Part shown: piece by piece, positions 1-13,272 of the stretch
Numbering within the stretch: the stretch's first letter is position 1
How the letters are laid out: the number at the start of each line of letters is the position of its first letter
Source: Octopus bimaculoides
Taxonomy: Eukaryota
Direction: 5' to 3'
DNA: 64,000 nucleotides
NCBI RefSeq assembly: GCF_001194135.2
Contig: NC_068981.1
Location: 80,375,898 to 80,439,897, forward strand
Notes under the pieces: model-generated
The model's input: only the letters and a program-made list of their open reading frames with translations
What the model was told of the DNA's origin: nothing
Database searches by the model: none
Made by a program: the position numbers and the translations under genes

Positions 1-458
1 TTTTAAAATTATGTTTGACTAGTGATAAGTTACATTTAGACATAAAATACTAAAAATCTGGTTGACTGACGGGTAGTAACGCCTTAATTTGACACTTTGA
101 ATCCACACCATTCTTTTAATTTTGATTAAGAATTATTATATTGATATTAATATGAAAGAGAGAAATGTTAAAGGAATATATTGGTAAAGGTTTCGTAAAA
201 TTTTATCCATTAGAAAAAATAATATTTAATTTTAATTCTCAAATTTTTATCAATTTTTGTGTGATATTAAAGGGACACTACTCAGGCGTGACTACAGAAT
301 CCCCCCCCCTCCTACCACCAAATTTGGATGATTGTAACTTTCAGAAAATTGGATACTTTTTAATGAAATTTTCTACGGATATGTGTTATATCATGTAGAT
401 TCCGAATATACAAAATTGAGGGGAGGGGAGAAGGTGTTTTAGGAGGGGTGGGGAGGGG

Positions 459-1353
459 AAATTTGGAAAATTCACCAGAGTCCACTTCAATTCGTCTTAA
501 CTTTCAAGAAAATGGATATTTTTTAATGAAATCCTCTACAAATATACCTCGCACTATGTAGATTCAGAGAACATAGGAATTTTTGGAGAAAACAATTGGG
601 GGTTATTTTGAGAACTGTTCTCCACTCGTGGGTGTTTCGGAACAAGTCGTCCATATTTGTTTCTTTTTCTCCGTTTTGTGCACTTGAGCATCTGCAGATT
701 TCTTCTGAAGCAACAAACAGGCAATGAAGTCCTCACCAGAAAACTCGTTATGCTAAAAATAACAGCTAAAGGTCTGGTACACAGAAATATGTTATTAAGA
801 CGCTTATCTGTTGCATACGATTTTTTTTTTCGCTTCAAGTAACTTCCCAAGTAAACGTTTCTAATAGTAAGGCAGAAGACACCAGAAGTGAAAATAAGGA
901 ATATACACGCACAGTTAAATATACAAGTGTAAAGTATAATTTGTTACATAATCTCTATAATAAACATGATATTGAATGGAATATTTCCCCGTTTGAACTT
1001 TTTCAATTACGCGCGCACGAGCGTGTGCGTGTGTGTGCTCGTGTGTGTGTGTGTGTAAGTGCTCGTGTGTGTGTGTGTGTATGTGTGTGTGTGTGTATGT
1101 GTGTATGTGTTAGAAATCTACAGATGCACAAACGCACAAAACGGAGAAAATGAAATATGGGCGACTTGTTCTGAAACACCCCCGAGTAGGGAACAGTTCT
1201 TAAAAATAACCCCATATTGTTTTTCCCCCAAAATTCCTGTCCTCGGAATCTACATAGTCCGAGGTATATTTGTAGAGAATTTCTTTAAAAAATATCCATT
1301 TTCTTGAGAGTTAAGACGAATTGAAGTCGATTCCGGTGAATTTTCCGAAATTT
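459..1353. mobile_element. MITE-like element with ~240-bp diverged inverted repeats (459-703 / 1112-1353)
   Basis: The arms are approximate reverse complements (e.g. ttctccgttttgtgc...catctgcagatttct vs agaaatctacagatgcac...cacaaaacggagaa). The right end runs into a gap. Confidence 0.6.
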
Positions 1354-1938
1354 NNNNNNNNNNNNNNNNNNNNNNNNNNNNNNNNNNNNNNNNNNNNNNN
1401 NNNNNNNNNNNNNNNNNNNNNNNNNNNNNNNNNNNNNNNNNNNNNNNNNNNNNNNNNNNNNNNNNNNNNNNNNNNNNNNNNNNNNNNNNNNNNNNNNNNN
1501 NNNNNNNNNNNNNNNNNNNNNNNNNNNNNNNNNNNNNNNNNNNNNNNNNNNNNNNNNNNNNNNNNNNNNNNNNNNNNNNNNNNNNNNNNNNNNNNNNNNN
1601 NNNNNNNNNNNNNNNNNNNNNNNNNNNNNNNNNNNNNNNNNNNNNNNNNNNNNNNNNNNNNNNNNNNNNNNNNNNNNNNNNNNNNNNNNNNNNNNNNNNN
1701 NNNNNNNNNNNNNNNNNNNNNNNNNNNNNNNNNNNNNNNNNNNNNNNNNNNNNNNNNNNNNNNNNNNNNNNNNNNNNNNNNNNNNNNNNNNNNNNNNNNN
1801 NNNNNNNNNNNNNNNNNNNNNNNNNNNNNNNNNNNNNNNNNNNNNNNNNNNNNNNNNNNNNNNNNNNNNNNNNNNNNNNNNNNNNNNNNNNNNNNNNNNN
1901 NTATATATATATATATATATTAGTGTATATATATATAC

Positions 1939-1996
<58 letters not shown>

Positions 1997-3261
1997 ATAT
2001 GTATATATGTATGTATATATGTATGTGTATAGATTAAAAAAAAAAATTTTTTTATGTATATATAATTCTATGTATATATAATATATTTTAATATGAGGTT
2101 TTTTAACATATTTTTATATTTATATATATGCGTGTGTGTGGATGTATGTGTGTGTGTGTGTATATGTATGTATGTATGTGTGTGTGTGTATGTGTTTATG
2201 ACTTGTGATCTTTGCTTCTTTGTGTATCCATATATATACATGTGAGAGTGTACGTGTGTGCGTGCATGAACGTGTGTGCGTGCATGAACGTGTGTGCGTG
2301 TGTGTACGGGCGCACACGCGGATGCCTGTATGTAGGTAATAGCGTTCTTTTTGCTAAAATTTTAAAAATTTTGTTCGTTTTTTGTAATTGTGAAATTTTT
2401 TCGCCATGAACGGTTTGTTTTTAAACGGAATGTATTTTTTCTGATGTTATATCTGTTCCTGAATGATGTGTAAAGAAATTTTGATTTAAGCATCTTAATG
2501 AATTGTTTATACTGAAATATATATTGAAGAAGANNNNNNNNNNNNNNNNNNNNNNNNNNNNNNNNNNNNNNNNNNNNNNNNNNNNNNNNNNNNNNNNNNN
2601 NNNNNNNNNNNNNNNNNNNNNNNNNNNNNNNNNNNNNNNNNNNNNNNNNNNNNNNNNNNNNNNNNNNNNNNNNNNNNNNNNNNNNNNNNNNNNNNNNNNN
2701 NNNNNNNNNNNNNNNNNNNNNNNNNNNNNNNNNNNNNNNNNNNNNNNNNNNNNNNNNNNNNNNNNNNNNNNNNNNNNNNNNNNNNNNNNNNNNNNNNNNN
2801 NNNNNNNNNNNNNNNNNNNNNNNNNNNNNNNNNNNNNNNNNNNNNNNNNNNNNNNNNNNNNNNNNNNNNNNNNNNNNNNNNNNNNNNNNNNNNNNNNNNN
2901 NNNNNNNNNNNNNNNNNNNNNNNNNNNNNNNNNNNNNNNNNNNNNNNNNNNNNNNNNNNNNNNNNNNNNNNNNNNNNNNNNNNNNNNNNNNNNNNNNNNN
3001 NNNNNNNNNNNNNNNNNNNNNNNNNNNNNNNNNNNNNNNNNNNNNNNNNNNNNNNNNNNNNNNNNNNNNNNNNNNNNNNNNNNNNNNNNNNNNNNNNNNN
3101 NNNNNNNNNNNNNNNNNNNNNNNNNNNNNNNNNNNNNNNNNNNNNNNNNNNNNNNNNNNNNNNNNNNNNNNNNNNNNNNNNNNNNNNNNNNNNNNNNNNN
3201 NNNNNNNNNNNNNNNNNNNNNNNNNNNNNNNNNNNNNNNNNNNNNNNNNNNNNNNNNNNNN

Positions 3262-3890
3262 TCATCATCATCATCATCATCATCATCGTTAACGTCCGCT
3301 TTCCATGCTGGCATGGTTGGATGATTTGACTGAGGACTGGCAAACCAGATGGCTGCACCAGGCTCCAATCTAATCTGGCAGAGTTTCTACAGCTGGATGC
3401 CCTTACTAACACCAATCACTCCGAGAGTGTAGTGGGTGCTTTTACGTTCCCCCGGCACGAGGGCCAGTCAGGTGGTACTGGCAACGGCCACGCTCAAATA
3501 TTTTTATGTACCACCTGTACAGGAACCAGTCCAGCAGCACTGGCAACGACCTTGCTCGAATATTTTTTCATGTGCCACCAGCACAAGTGCCAGTAAGGCG
3601 ATGCTGGTAAAGATCGCGCTTGAATGGTGCTTTTTATGTGCCAGCGGCACTGAAGCCAGTCAGCTGTTCTGGTAACGATCATGCTCAGATGGTGCTCTTA
3701 GCGCTTCACTAGCACGGATGCCAGTCATCGAATTTGATTTCGATTTCGATGTAGCATGGCTGTTCGTACACATGCGTCATACAGTCTACCTTTTACTCTG
3801 AGCAAGAGGTAAGAGCTCTCTGAACTTTGCCAAGGCTATTCTTATTCTAGCAGCTACACTTTCAGTGCACCCAATGTTACAAAGTGATTC
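3262..3890 (-). mobile_element. 5'-truncated RTE-like LINE copy (3' UTR with (GAT)n tail plus RT C-terminal fragment)
   Basis: 3262-3750 matches the repeat at 60323-60645. 3755-3880 matches 61533-61670 and encodes CTESVAARIRIALAKFRELLPL. Confidence 0.85.
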
Positions 3891-3954
3891 AAGGTGCAAG
3901 AGTTTCGTGCATGTGTATGTGTGTGTGTGTGCATACATGTGTGCACCCATGCAT

Positions 3955-4000
<46 letters not shown>

Positions 4001-4727
4001 TAATGTTTGTTTTTATGTTCAGTTAATTTTATATGAATCAGATGGGTTACTCTCCTACTTTTGTAGACTACAAATTTATCATTCATTAGCAAGAATATTA
4101 TTGAGTGACTTTGAGGTTTCTGCTAACTAATCCATCATCAGACTAGCAGTCCAATGAAGGGCTAACTGGCCAAATCTTCAAAGTCACTGTCAATAACATT
4201 CTTGTTTAAGAATTATATGTGTGTGTGTGTGTGTCGGTGTTAAAACGGGGGTAGCTGATGAAGGAGAATGTTCTCTATGTGGCTTGTGTGTTTTCTTGTC
4301 TACGTTTTGTTTGCAATGTCCTGTACCCAGATATGCACCTATACATACAGGTGGATGTCGGTATGCACATACCTGTACGTATATATGCATATACTCATTT
4401 ACTATTTATATATATATATATNNNNNNNNNNNNNNNNNNNNNNNNNNNNNNNNNNNNNNNNNNNNNNNNNNNNNNNNNNNNNNNNNNNNNNNNNNNNNNN
4501 NNNNNNNNNNNNNNNNNNNNNNNNNNNNNNNNNNNNNNNNNNNNNNNNNNNNNNNNNNNNNNNNNNNNNNNNNNNNNNNNNNNNNNNNNNNNNNNNNNNN
4601 NNNNNNNNNNNNNNNNNNNNNNNNNNNNNNNNNNNNNNNNNNNNNNNNNNNNNNNNNNNNNNNNNNNNNNNNNNNNNNNNNNNNNNNNNNNNNNNNNNNN
4701 NNNNNNNNNNNNNNNNNNNNNNNNNNN

Positions 4728-4762
<35 letters not shown>

Positions 4763-4799
4763 TGTAATGCACTAAATTAAGTAATGCCTACCTTGAAGA

Positions 4800-5094
4800 A
4801 CTTGTCTTAGACTCATTTCGCAGAATAAATCTCGGCATATCAAAAAAACGGGACAAGATAATATTGAATTTGTTTGTTTATTTTTGTTTATCTGTTGCTA
4901 AGGTAACGTTACCGCGTATACATATGTATACCAAGTAATAAAAAGCAATTAATTAAAATAATAAAATATAAATATATTTAATAGAATCTGTATAAAAAAA
5001 AATTCTTGTATTAATATACACCTAAAATATAGATGTTTGTTAAGTAATTATATTTGCTCCGCTGTTATAATACCGTTTCCGCCAAAATATCAAC
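4800..5094. promoter_or_regulatory. CpG-retaining promoter region of CISD3, possibly bidirectional
   Basis: CpGs are frequent here, in contrast to the CpG-poor introns; lies directly upstream of exon 1. Confidence 0.5.
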
Positions 5095-5154
5095 ATGTCT
5101 CTCTTGGCGCAGCATGCTTGCAGTTTGCAGCTTTCGAAAACATGCCTTAGACAG
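5095..5154 (+). CDS. CISD3: CISD3-like exon 1 (MSLLAQHACSLQLSKTCLRQ), likely mitochondrial targeting sequence
   Basis: ATG in caacATGt context within a CpG-rich region, CAG|GTAATT donor, 60 nt in phase 0 matching exon 2. No acidic residues; enriched in S/L/K/R. Confidence 0.75.
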
Positions 5155-5821
5155 GTAATTTCGATTTATTTTATCAAACAAACTATATGCACATACACAC
5201 TATATATATATATGGCGATTTTTCGATACTAATCCTTTTTTTTTGTCATCTTTTTATTTACCTCAATTCGGCAGTTTCCGTAAAAAGTGTTGGGTTTTCG
5301 TTATAGGCGTTGTAGACTGATCTTTGCTGTTAGTTTTAGGTACTTTTCGGTGCAATAAATCCAATTGAACTTGGTTTTATTATAAACACTACTGAAAAAT
5401 AAATAAATAAATAAACAGTAGCAACAAAGTTGCTCCTGTTTTTCGTTATTTCTTATTTGTATTTTAATGTTGTTTGCGTTAGGTATTCAGGTTCGTTTCC
5501 TTTATGAAGGTCATAGAAACCTAGATAGCTTTCAATTCCCTTTGGTGGTACTTCATCCTAAACAATTTCCTATTCACCTTGTCATATATTTTTCTTTTTC
5601 ATTTTGCACCATATAAAATGTACGAACTTAACGTAGTTAGATTTCCACATCTAACATTGTCACATTCCATATTTTATGAAGGTGATCAGCAAGAGATTCA
5701 GCCTCGTTACTATTATTCTGATATGTGTATCCACCTTATAACATCATAAATCGTTTTGTTCTGGAGAAATATTTATTTTATTCATTTTGATTTCGCCAAA
5801 TGGAAAACCAACAGAGAAATA

Positions 5822-6009
5822 CAGTAGTCCCCGGTTTTCGCGGAGGTTATGTTCCTAGACCACCTGCGAATATTGGGCGTGGTCCATAAAAATGCCTATA
5901 AATATCAAAATATGNNNNNNNNNNNNNNNNNNNNNNNNNNNNNNNNNNNNNNNNNNNNNNNNNNNNNNNNNNNNNNNNNNNNNNNNNNNNNNNNNNNNNN
6001 NNNNNNNNN

Positions 6010-6050
<41 letters not shown>

Positions 6051-8630
6051 AATATTTAATAATAATTTGATGAAAATAATGAAGGTAATGACTGCACAGC
6101 AAAGAAAATTTAAAGCTCTACGGGTGTTTTAGTGGATGTCGTATCTTCGTGCAAGGCTCTCTTGGTGTGCTTGAGGAACATTGTGATGGGAAGTTGCTGT
6201 CGTTGTTTCTTCATGATGGTGAGGAGAATTTTATATGTCTGCATGGCAGCATCGATGGCATTTTTCAATTGGAGAGGCTAAACCGTATAGGGATCCTATG
6301 CTTCTGCCTTCTCTTTCAATTCCTTTCCTGTCCTTAAAAGATCGGACAGCCGTTTGATTGCCAGGCCCACCACATTCTCCTCTTCCTCTGGATCTGGCAC
6401 TTCCCCCTCCTCTTCGCTGGCAAGCTTTGTTAACTCCAACAAATCTTCGTCTGTCAGGGTTTGCCTGATGTCATCAAAACTTTCGCCACCAAGTAAGTAC
6501 CTTTATCAGTTTCACCACATTGTTGACAGCCTTGTGCTGAATATCTTCAGGTGAGAATCCTTCGTAGTCCTGGACACACTCTGGCCACATTTTCTTCCAG
6601 CATGCAATGAGGGTTTCTTTTTACATGTCTGTAAGAGCAGTGTGGATGACTGCCAGGCACATTTCAATCATGAAGTAACGCCAGTTCAAATCCATTGTGT
6701 CCACAAGGTGTTGGAGAGTTCCAAGTGTAAAGTGCCTTGAAGGCACGGATCATGTCTTGATCCATAGGCTGAATGAGGGAAGTTGTGTTGGCAGGGAAGA
6801 ACTCGACTTGGACTCCCTCGTGATTCAAATCCAAAGAGTGACCATCAACATTATCCATAACAAGCAACACCTTGAATTCCATACATACATTTTGGAGGTA
6901 TTCTTTGGCTTGAGGGATGAAGCATTGATGGAACCAATTCAAAGTTAGACTTTTGATAATCCAGGCCTTGGGGTTGTGCATCCAGTGGTCAGGCAGCAAG
7001 TTTTTATTCCTATTTTTGAAGACCCTCCGGTTCACAGACTTGTAGATAAATCCTGGTTTCATCATGAAGCCAGCAGCATTGCCGCACATAATTAGTGTCA
7101 CTCAGTTTTTCTTAAATCCTGGGGCTCTGGCTTCATTCTTCATGATGTACATTCTGGAAGGCATCTTCTTCCAGAACAAGCCAGTCCACATTGAAAACCT
7201 GTTTCTGCTTTTATCCCTTGTCCATGATGATCTGCCTGAAGGCCTCAAGATACTTCTTGGTGGCCTCTTTGTCAGCTGATGCTGTCTCTCCATGCAGGGA
7301 AACACTTTATTTTAAACTGTTTCTGGAAACAGTCAAACCATTCCTTTCTGGCTTGAAAATCTTCAGGCTCCGGTGCTGTCAATGGTCTTGGTTGTGGTTT
7401 TTCGGTGCTTTCTGCTCCGTCTCCTTTGTCGAACTGCTGGTATAATTTCAGTGCTTTCTCACGAATGATGTTACAGTTCAAGGGGATATTTTTCTCCTTG
7501 CAGTCACTGATCTACAATGCCAAGACAGATTCCATCCTGACGAAGTGTTTATTTCTCACTATCGTTATCTTTTTGGCACTTTCACAGAAACTTACTGTCA
7601 CGATAGTTCTGATCACCACCGCATTCTTCTTTATGTAGCGTATGGTGCTTTCATTGACAGCATAATAACGACCTACTGCAGCATAACTTTTACCTTCCTG
7701 GAACATATCCAGCAGCTGCACGTTCTCATGGAGCATCATAACCTTTTTCTGGCACTTAGGTTCACTGCCAGAAGCATTAGAAGGTGTAGGGCATTTGGGC
7801 AGCATCGTAGGGCTTCAATAACACGCTGCAAAAAACACAGCACTTAACAAAAAAACCTACAAAATCTTCCTTTCATCTAATATGCACATACCACTAATAG
7901 GAAATTGAGCAGAGATTAAAAATAATCATAGTTTTGAAAAATTTAGTTTGTATTACCACTAGATACAGTAACCTATATTATATAATATTAATAAGAGAGA
8001 GGAACCAGCAAATAACCTAATTTCAATGTGGCTATATTAGCTCACGACCTTAAAAATTATCTTGTTGAAATAAACAGTGTGTATGATCAACTGTAGCGAT
8101 GATTTTTTAAAAAGCGCCAGTATAAAATTGAAGTTCAGTCTCGTGTTGTATATATCTTAGATCTGTCATCACTAGCCCAAGTAATACTGGTGCAATATAC
8201 TGTATATGTGTGTGTGTGTATATAAATATATATTTACTTTCACTACAATGAGAGGTTGTTGTTGCTGAGAGACAAATACAGGGAGAGAGGTGTATATGTG
8301 TGAAATACAGATTGATGTCACTATACTAATTAGCAAGCTTTGATCGAAGGCAGGAATAAGAGATACAAGATACAGAGTACTTGTATCGAAAACAATCAAG
8401 CAATGTGATGCACGGCTATTCTAATCAGATGGAGCTTCAACTGTGAAGAGGCGTCCAGTAAGCTGGCAAATACGGTATGTTGTTATTAATAATTTAGCCT
8501 TAAAAAGTGTGAAAATATATATACTGCCACAAAAAAAAAAGCCATAAAAAATCGCGGACGATATTTATGCTTCTGTGAATATGCAGTGGTTTCCGGGAAT
8601 GCCAAACCGCAAATAAGCAGAGGTACACTG
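5822..8630 (-). mobile_element. Decayed Tigger/pogo DNA transposon (TIGD1-like transposase pseudogene)
   Basis: TA|CAGT...ACTG|TA ends. Frameshifted ORFs 7805-7512 (HTH), 7481-7272 (CENP-B-type HTH), 7305-7102 (TGLFWKKMPSR) and 7101-6664 (VLLVMDN...FFPANTTSLIQPMDQ, DDE_1). Confidence 0.9.
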
Positions 8631-8869
8631 TAACGAAAATAGTGCTTTAGCATGAGAACATCAAGGACAGCGATACAAATGTTTCAAGTAGAAATATATC
8701 ATGAAATTTCAATCCATAACAGACAAAGGATGCAAAAGGTCTGAACACATTTAAGTCATATACAAAAGAAAGCATGTGTTGCAGAACAGAAGGGAGATAT
8801 GCATAGCAATATCAATAATGAACATAGAGAAGTTCTCTGAAGTAGAAGAGAAATCAGTAGAATACATGA

Positions 8870-9085
8870 GATACTGGCTTCAAATTTTGGCACAAGGCAA
8901 GCAATTTTGGGGAGGGAATAAATTGATTACATCGACCCCAATACTCAACTAGTACTTATTTTATTGAACCTGAAAGAATGAAAGCATAGTTGACTTGGCA
9001 GAATTTGAACTCAAAACCTAAAGATGGACGAAATGCTGCTAAGCATTTTGCCTGGTGTGTTAATGATTCTGCCAGCTCACTGCGT
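8870..9085 (-). mobile_element. tRNA-derived SINE, family 2 (decayed)
   Basis: Shares the atcgaccccag...tacttatttt...gaaaggatgaaag...gaatttgaactca core with copies at 14988 and 50845. Confidence 0.7.
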
Positions 9086-10845
9086 TACGCTACATAGAGA
9101 AAGAAGGGAGGGAAATTTTGAAAAATATGAAAATCAGGCTGCTAACAAGAATAATAAATTTGAATGATGAAGAAAGAGAAGATTATATTGAGAACTTTAA
9201 AGACAGAAAACAAGAGGAAAGAAAAATTATTGTTTTTAGAAAATAGAACAAAAGTAATGAAGAAGTAAAAAATTACCTTTGCAGAAAATATGAATGAGGC
9301 CTAAAAAAGGCAATGACAACTTCTAACTTCAGCTAATGACATGGTTCAAAAACCTAACCCTTTAGCATTTAAACCAGCCATATCCAATCTAAGTATGCTA
9401 CCTGTTTTTTGCTCTAACCAACAAGATCCTGCCTATCACACCTATCCTTCAATGCCATTCTAAAAATATACAATCACATTATCAAAATTTCAAACCTATG
9501 AGATATTGCATGATTAAAAACAATGTGAATGAAAAGTATTATTTCCCATAGTCAAACATGTTTTTCGTGGAAGACTTCATATTGCCTGTTGATGATGATG
9601 CTTGCTTACAACAATCATGTGATTTTGAGACAAGGGTACACACACACACATATATATGTACCAAATTCACTCACAATGCTTTTGTTGGTCTGAGGTTATA
9701 GTAGAAGACATCTACCCAAGGTGCTACCCAGTGGGTTTGAACTTAGAACCACATGGTTGGGAAGCAACCATCTTGGTTACACAGCCACAGAGGAAAAGCA
9801 GAAAATCAGCAGCCAGAGAAAACATGCAACCCAACAACAAAGGTACCCATGCACTGCAGATCCAGATACAAGGTTAAGTAATCCTACAAACAACAAGATG
9901 AAAGCAATATCTGAGAAGATAGCAAATGTTATATCTCTTTTACCAATTGGATCTCATGGTTTATCCATTATTATTTCTAAATGGAGAATGTTGGTGGATT
10001 GGCTCAGTCATTAGACTACCAGACATATTTAGGCATCTACCAAAATGCTTAAACAGTTTCCTACTGCATATCATATACACTTAACCAGATGAATAAAGAT
10101 TCCAGATGAATCAAGAGAGAGAGAAGAACAGCAAACTGCTGGCTGAGCTCAGCACTGTGATACACACTTAACTATTGTTTTATATAAAATGAGTGTAGTA
10201 TTAACACCCACCACTTAATATATATTGTGAAATTCCTGAATATTGTGTGTTCAATTCAAGATAGTTGTCTCCAGGATGTATTCAGTGAATCCACAATGTG
10301 TTGAAAAATCCCATCTTAGAATACAGACTTGAGGACAGTACAGATAAAGGAGCTTCCAACACTTAATGAAGCCTGCATCAAACTGAAACCTCTTGATGAA
10401 GATACATAGTTACACAAACACCTCTATAGATGTGGCTATGTTTTGAATTCTGAAATGGCTCTTAAATGTCTTCACTATGCTCTGCTTCTTCAGTTATCTT
10501 GTGAATGCACTGGAACTTTGGTGTGAACACAAGCATTATATGATTGAAGCCCTTATACCATAAAATGATGTCAGTATAGAAATACAGGTTTCCATTTGCT
10601 AAATTCAGAACACTCAGCTTTCCTGAAGGAGTGTCATCAAGTCACCTTTCAATGGATCCACCCAACTTTGATTTACTAAACTGAGAATAAGATATGGTAA
10701 ACACTAATGAACATTATTCTTTCAGCTGAGAGAGGAGAACAAGAGGTGAGTAAATTCTTTTATTTAGCTGCACCAGATGGATTAGGGAAATGTATTTTTC
10801 ACTATGTTGTACACCCATCTCATTGCAAACAGTATTAGCTACATT

Positions 10846-11060
10846 TATGAGGAGATGCTGAAAAGTTCCTGGCTTTAAGGGTATTGCAAAAAGCATGGTT
10901 GGAGGCTCAACTTTCCAAGTTCTTTTATAGGGCTTAGATAAACTGAAGGACCACTGCAATAAGTGTGTGAATCTGAGAGAGGAATATGTTGAATAAGATC
11001 ATAATCTGATCCTCCTGTATTTTCTTTTATGCAAAGAAGGAACTTTTGGGCACCCTGTTG
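10846..11060 (+). mobile_element. Short non-autonomous mariner derivative
   Basis: Imperfect TIRs (ctgaaaagttcct / aggaacttttggg); internal relic of the mariner C-terminus (HCNKCVNLRE EYVE*). Confidence 0.55.
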
Positions 11061-12411
11061 TACACCTGCTAAAACCAGCATTGCCACAACATCTTATTTG
11101 GTGGAAAAAATCTTCACAACATCTTTCAATTGCTAATTTCATGGACAGGAAAAAGTTTGTAGCGTTGAGCCAAAATCTGAACATGCTAATAACCATAACA
11201 GTAAAAGTGTTAATCATTCATGAAGCATCAATAACACCATGCTATGTTCCCAATTCAATTGATAAGTGCTTGTGAGACATAATGAAAAGTGAGAGTGTTC
11301 AGTGTTAAAGTTATCTGTATGGGGAAGCTGGAGAATGATTTCAGGCAAGTTCTCTGTATTCACCATAATTTTCATCTGCTTACAATTAAATAGTTTCAGC
11401 AAACAGTCTAATTTGTAACATTATTTTCAACAAATCAAACATGAGTATGAACAAACACTTTTCTAAATGATTTCTTTGTCAACCATTTCAAAACTCTAAA
11501 TGATGTTGCTACTGATACTAAGTGATATTCTTGCTGTATATTGTTGTTGCTGTTATTATGGGCTACTGAAATTTTTGACAGATGCATACTAGAGGAAATG
11601 GTACAATGAGTTATTTTATCTCATAAAAATGTCAGTTGTCTTATAATAAACAAAGTTCTAAACAGACTTCTAGCATAATTTGAGACATATCCAAACACAA
11701 ATTCAGTTTCTTGCAATAATGAAGAAGCCCAGCCTATCTGATTGCATTTATGAATTTCTTTACCCTCCCTACCCCCATCTGGCATGCCATCCAGTCATCT
11801 GATCTGAAGACTTGTTACTATTGTGATGCTATTGCACGATCTCCCTTTCTCTCTCAGCCAAGTACTGTGTAATGGAACATGAAGATACAACAAATACATG
11901 AATATAGTATGGAAATATCATTGATCAGTGGTTCACATTGAGGGTCTAGAGTGCTCATATCCCAGAATTATGTTGAACTTCAGTTATGCTATATTGGATC
12001 TAACATCCACTACAACTTTCTTGCTCCATAACAATTAATAAAGTTCAGGGTCAAACTGTTTTGATAATGTGGTCATGTACTTCCCCACAGCCAACTCTAT
12101 GTTGGTTTAGGCTCTGTAAGGTAGCAGAGTAAAGGTGATGATGTGCTACAGGTGTAATGAGCAAAGTAAGAGTTAGAGTAAACTAGGAAGATTATTTTTT
12201 ATTTCTTTCAGCCATTGGATTGTGGCTATGCTGAGGCATCACTTCGACATGTTTAGTTGAACAAATTGACTTGAGTATTTATTTTCTAAACCTGGTATTT
12301 ATTCTATCAGTCACTTTTGCCAGACTGCTAAGTTGAGAGCAGGGCATAAACAAACCAACACCTGTTGTTAGGTAGTGGTGGGGGACAAACATAAAAAACA
12401 CACACTTAGAT

Positions 12412-12454
<43 letters not shown>

Positions 12455-12455
<1 letters not shown>

Positions 12456-12667
12456 TTTATTTAAAAGCAGCAGAAATATAACAAAAGACTTACTCGGAGT
12501 TTCATGTTCCCGTTCATCGGACAGCTGTCCGATGAACAGGAACGTGAAATTCCGAGTAACAGTCTTTTGTTATATTTCTGCTGCTTTTAAATAAAGCAAA
12601 TTACTCTACCTCTGGTATTTGAGTACTCTTTTTTCCACCTTGTTGCACATTTACATGCTTACTCCGG
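12455..12667 (+). mobile_element. Short (TA)n-flanked repeat with an inverted partial copy (palindrome 12455-12596) carrying a hammerhead-like motif; Penelope pseudo-LTR/retrozyme-like
   Basis: 70/72-nt arms with axis acag|ctgt at 12524/12525; (TA)n on both sides; hammerhead fold in each arm. Confidence 0.6.
12525..12562 (+). ncRNA. Candidate type-I hammerhead ribozyme with a C4 core variant
   Basis: CUGU-[CCGAUGA]-ACA GGAA CGU-[GAA]-AUU CCG AGU-A|ACAG: helix I CUGU/ACAG, helix II with a GGAA loop, helix III, and a GUA cleavage triplet. Confidence 0.55.
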
Positions 12668-13272
12668 TATATATATATGTAGAAATGATGTTGCAACTCA
12701 TTTTTACACACAACAGGTTTCTATCAGTTTCTGTCTACCAAATCCACTCACAAGGCTTTGGTTGGCCCAGAGCTATAGTAGAATACACTTGCTCAGGGTG
12801 ATCCACAGTGGGACTAAATCCAAGACCACATGGTTGGGAAGCAAGCATCTTAACCACACAGCCTCACCTAATGTTAGTCTGTCTTGAGAAATCATCAGTA
12901 TTTAATATAGTTTATGACTGTTTGGACAGCTGTATACCAAAATGCATTAGAATTCTATACCAAAATGTTGAATCCATATACATTATACATTTTATATAAT
13001 ATTAGTAAAACTACACAAGTACTGTGTTACTTAACCTTGTTAATCTCATCATAAGATTAAAATATTTGTTATTCAAACATTGCTGTTGAGTAAAATTTTC
13101 AATGACTACTTAAATATATAGATTAGGTCAATATTTTCAAGCTTGGTATGCCAAATTATAGGAGAAACTTAAATGAAGGAATTAATTTTTCTTAAGAACA
13201 CAATTTTTAGCTTCATTTTTGTATCCGATTTGCAAGATTCTTTATGTGAATTCATGTGTTGAAAGAAATTTT

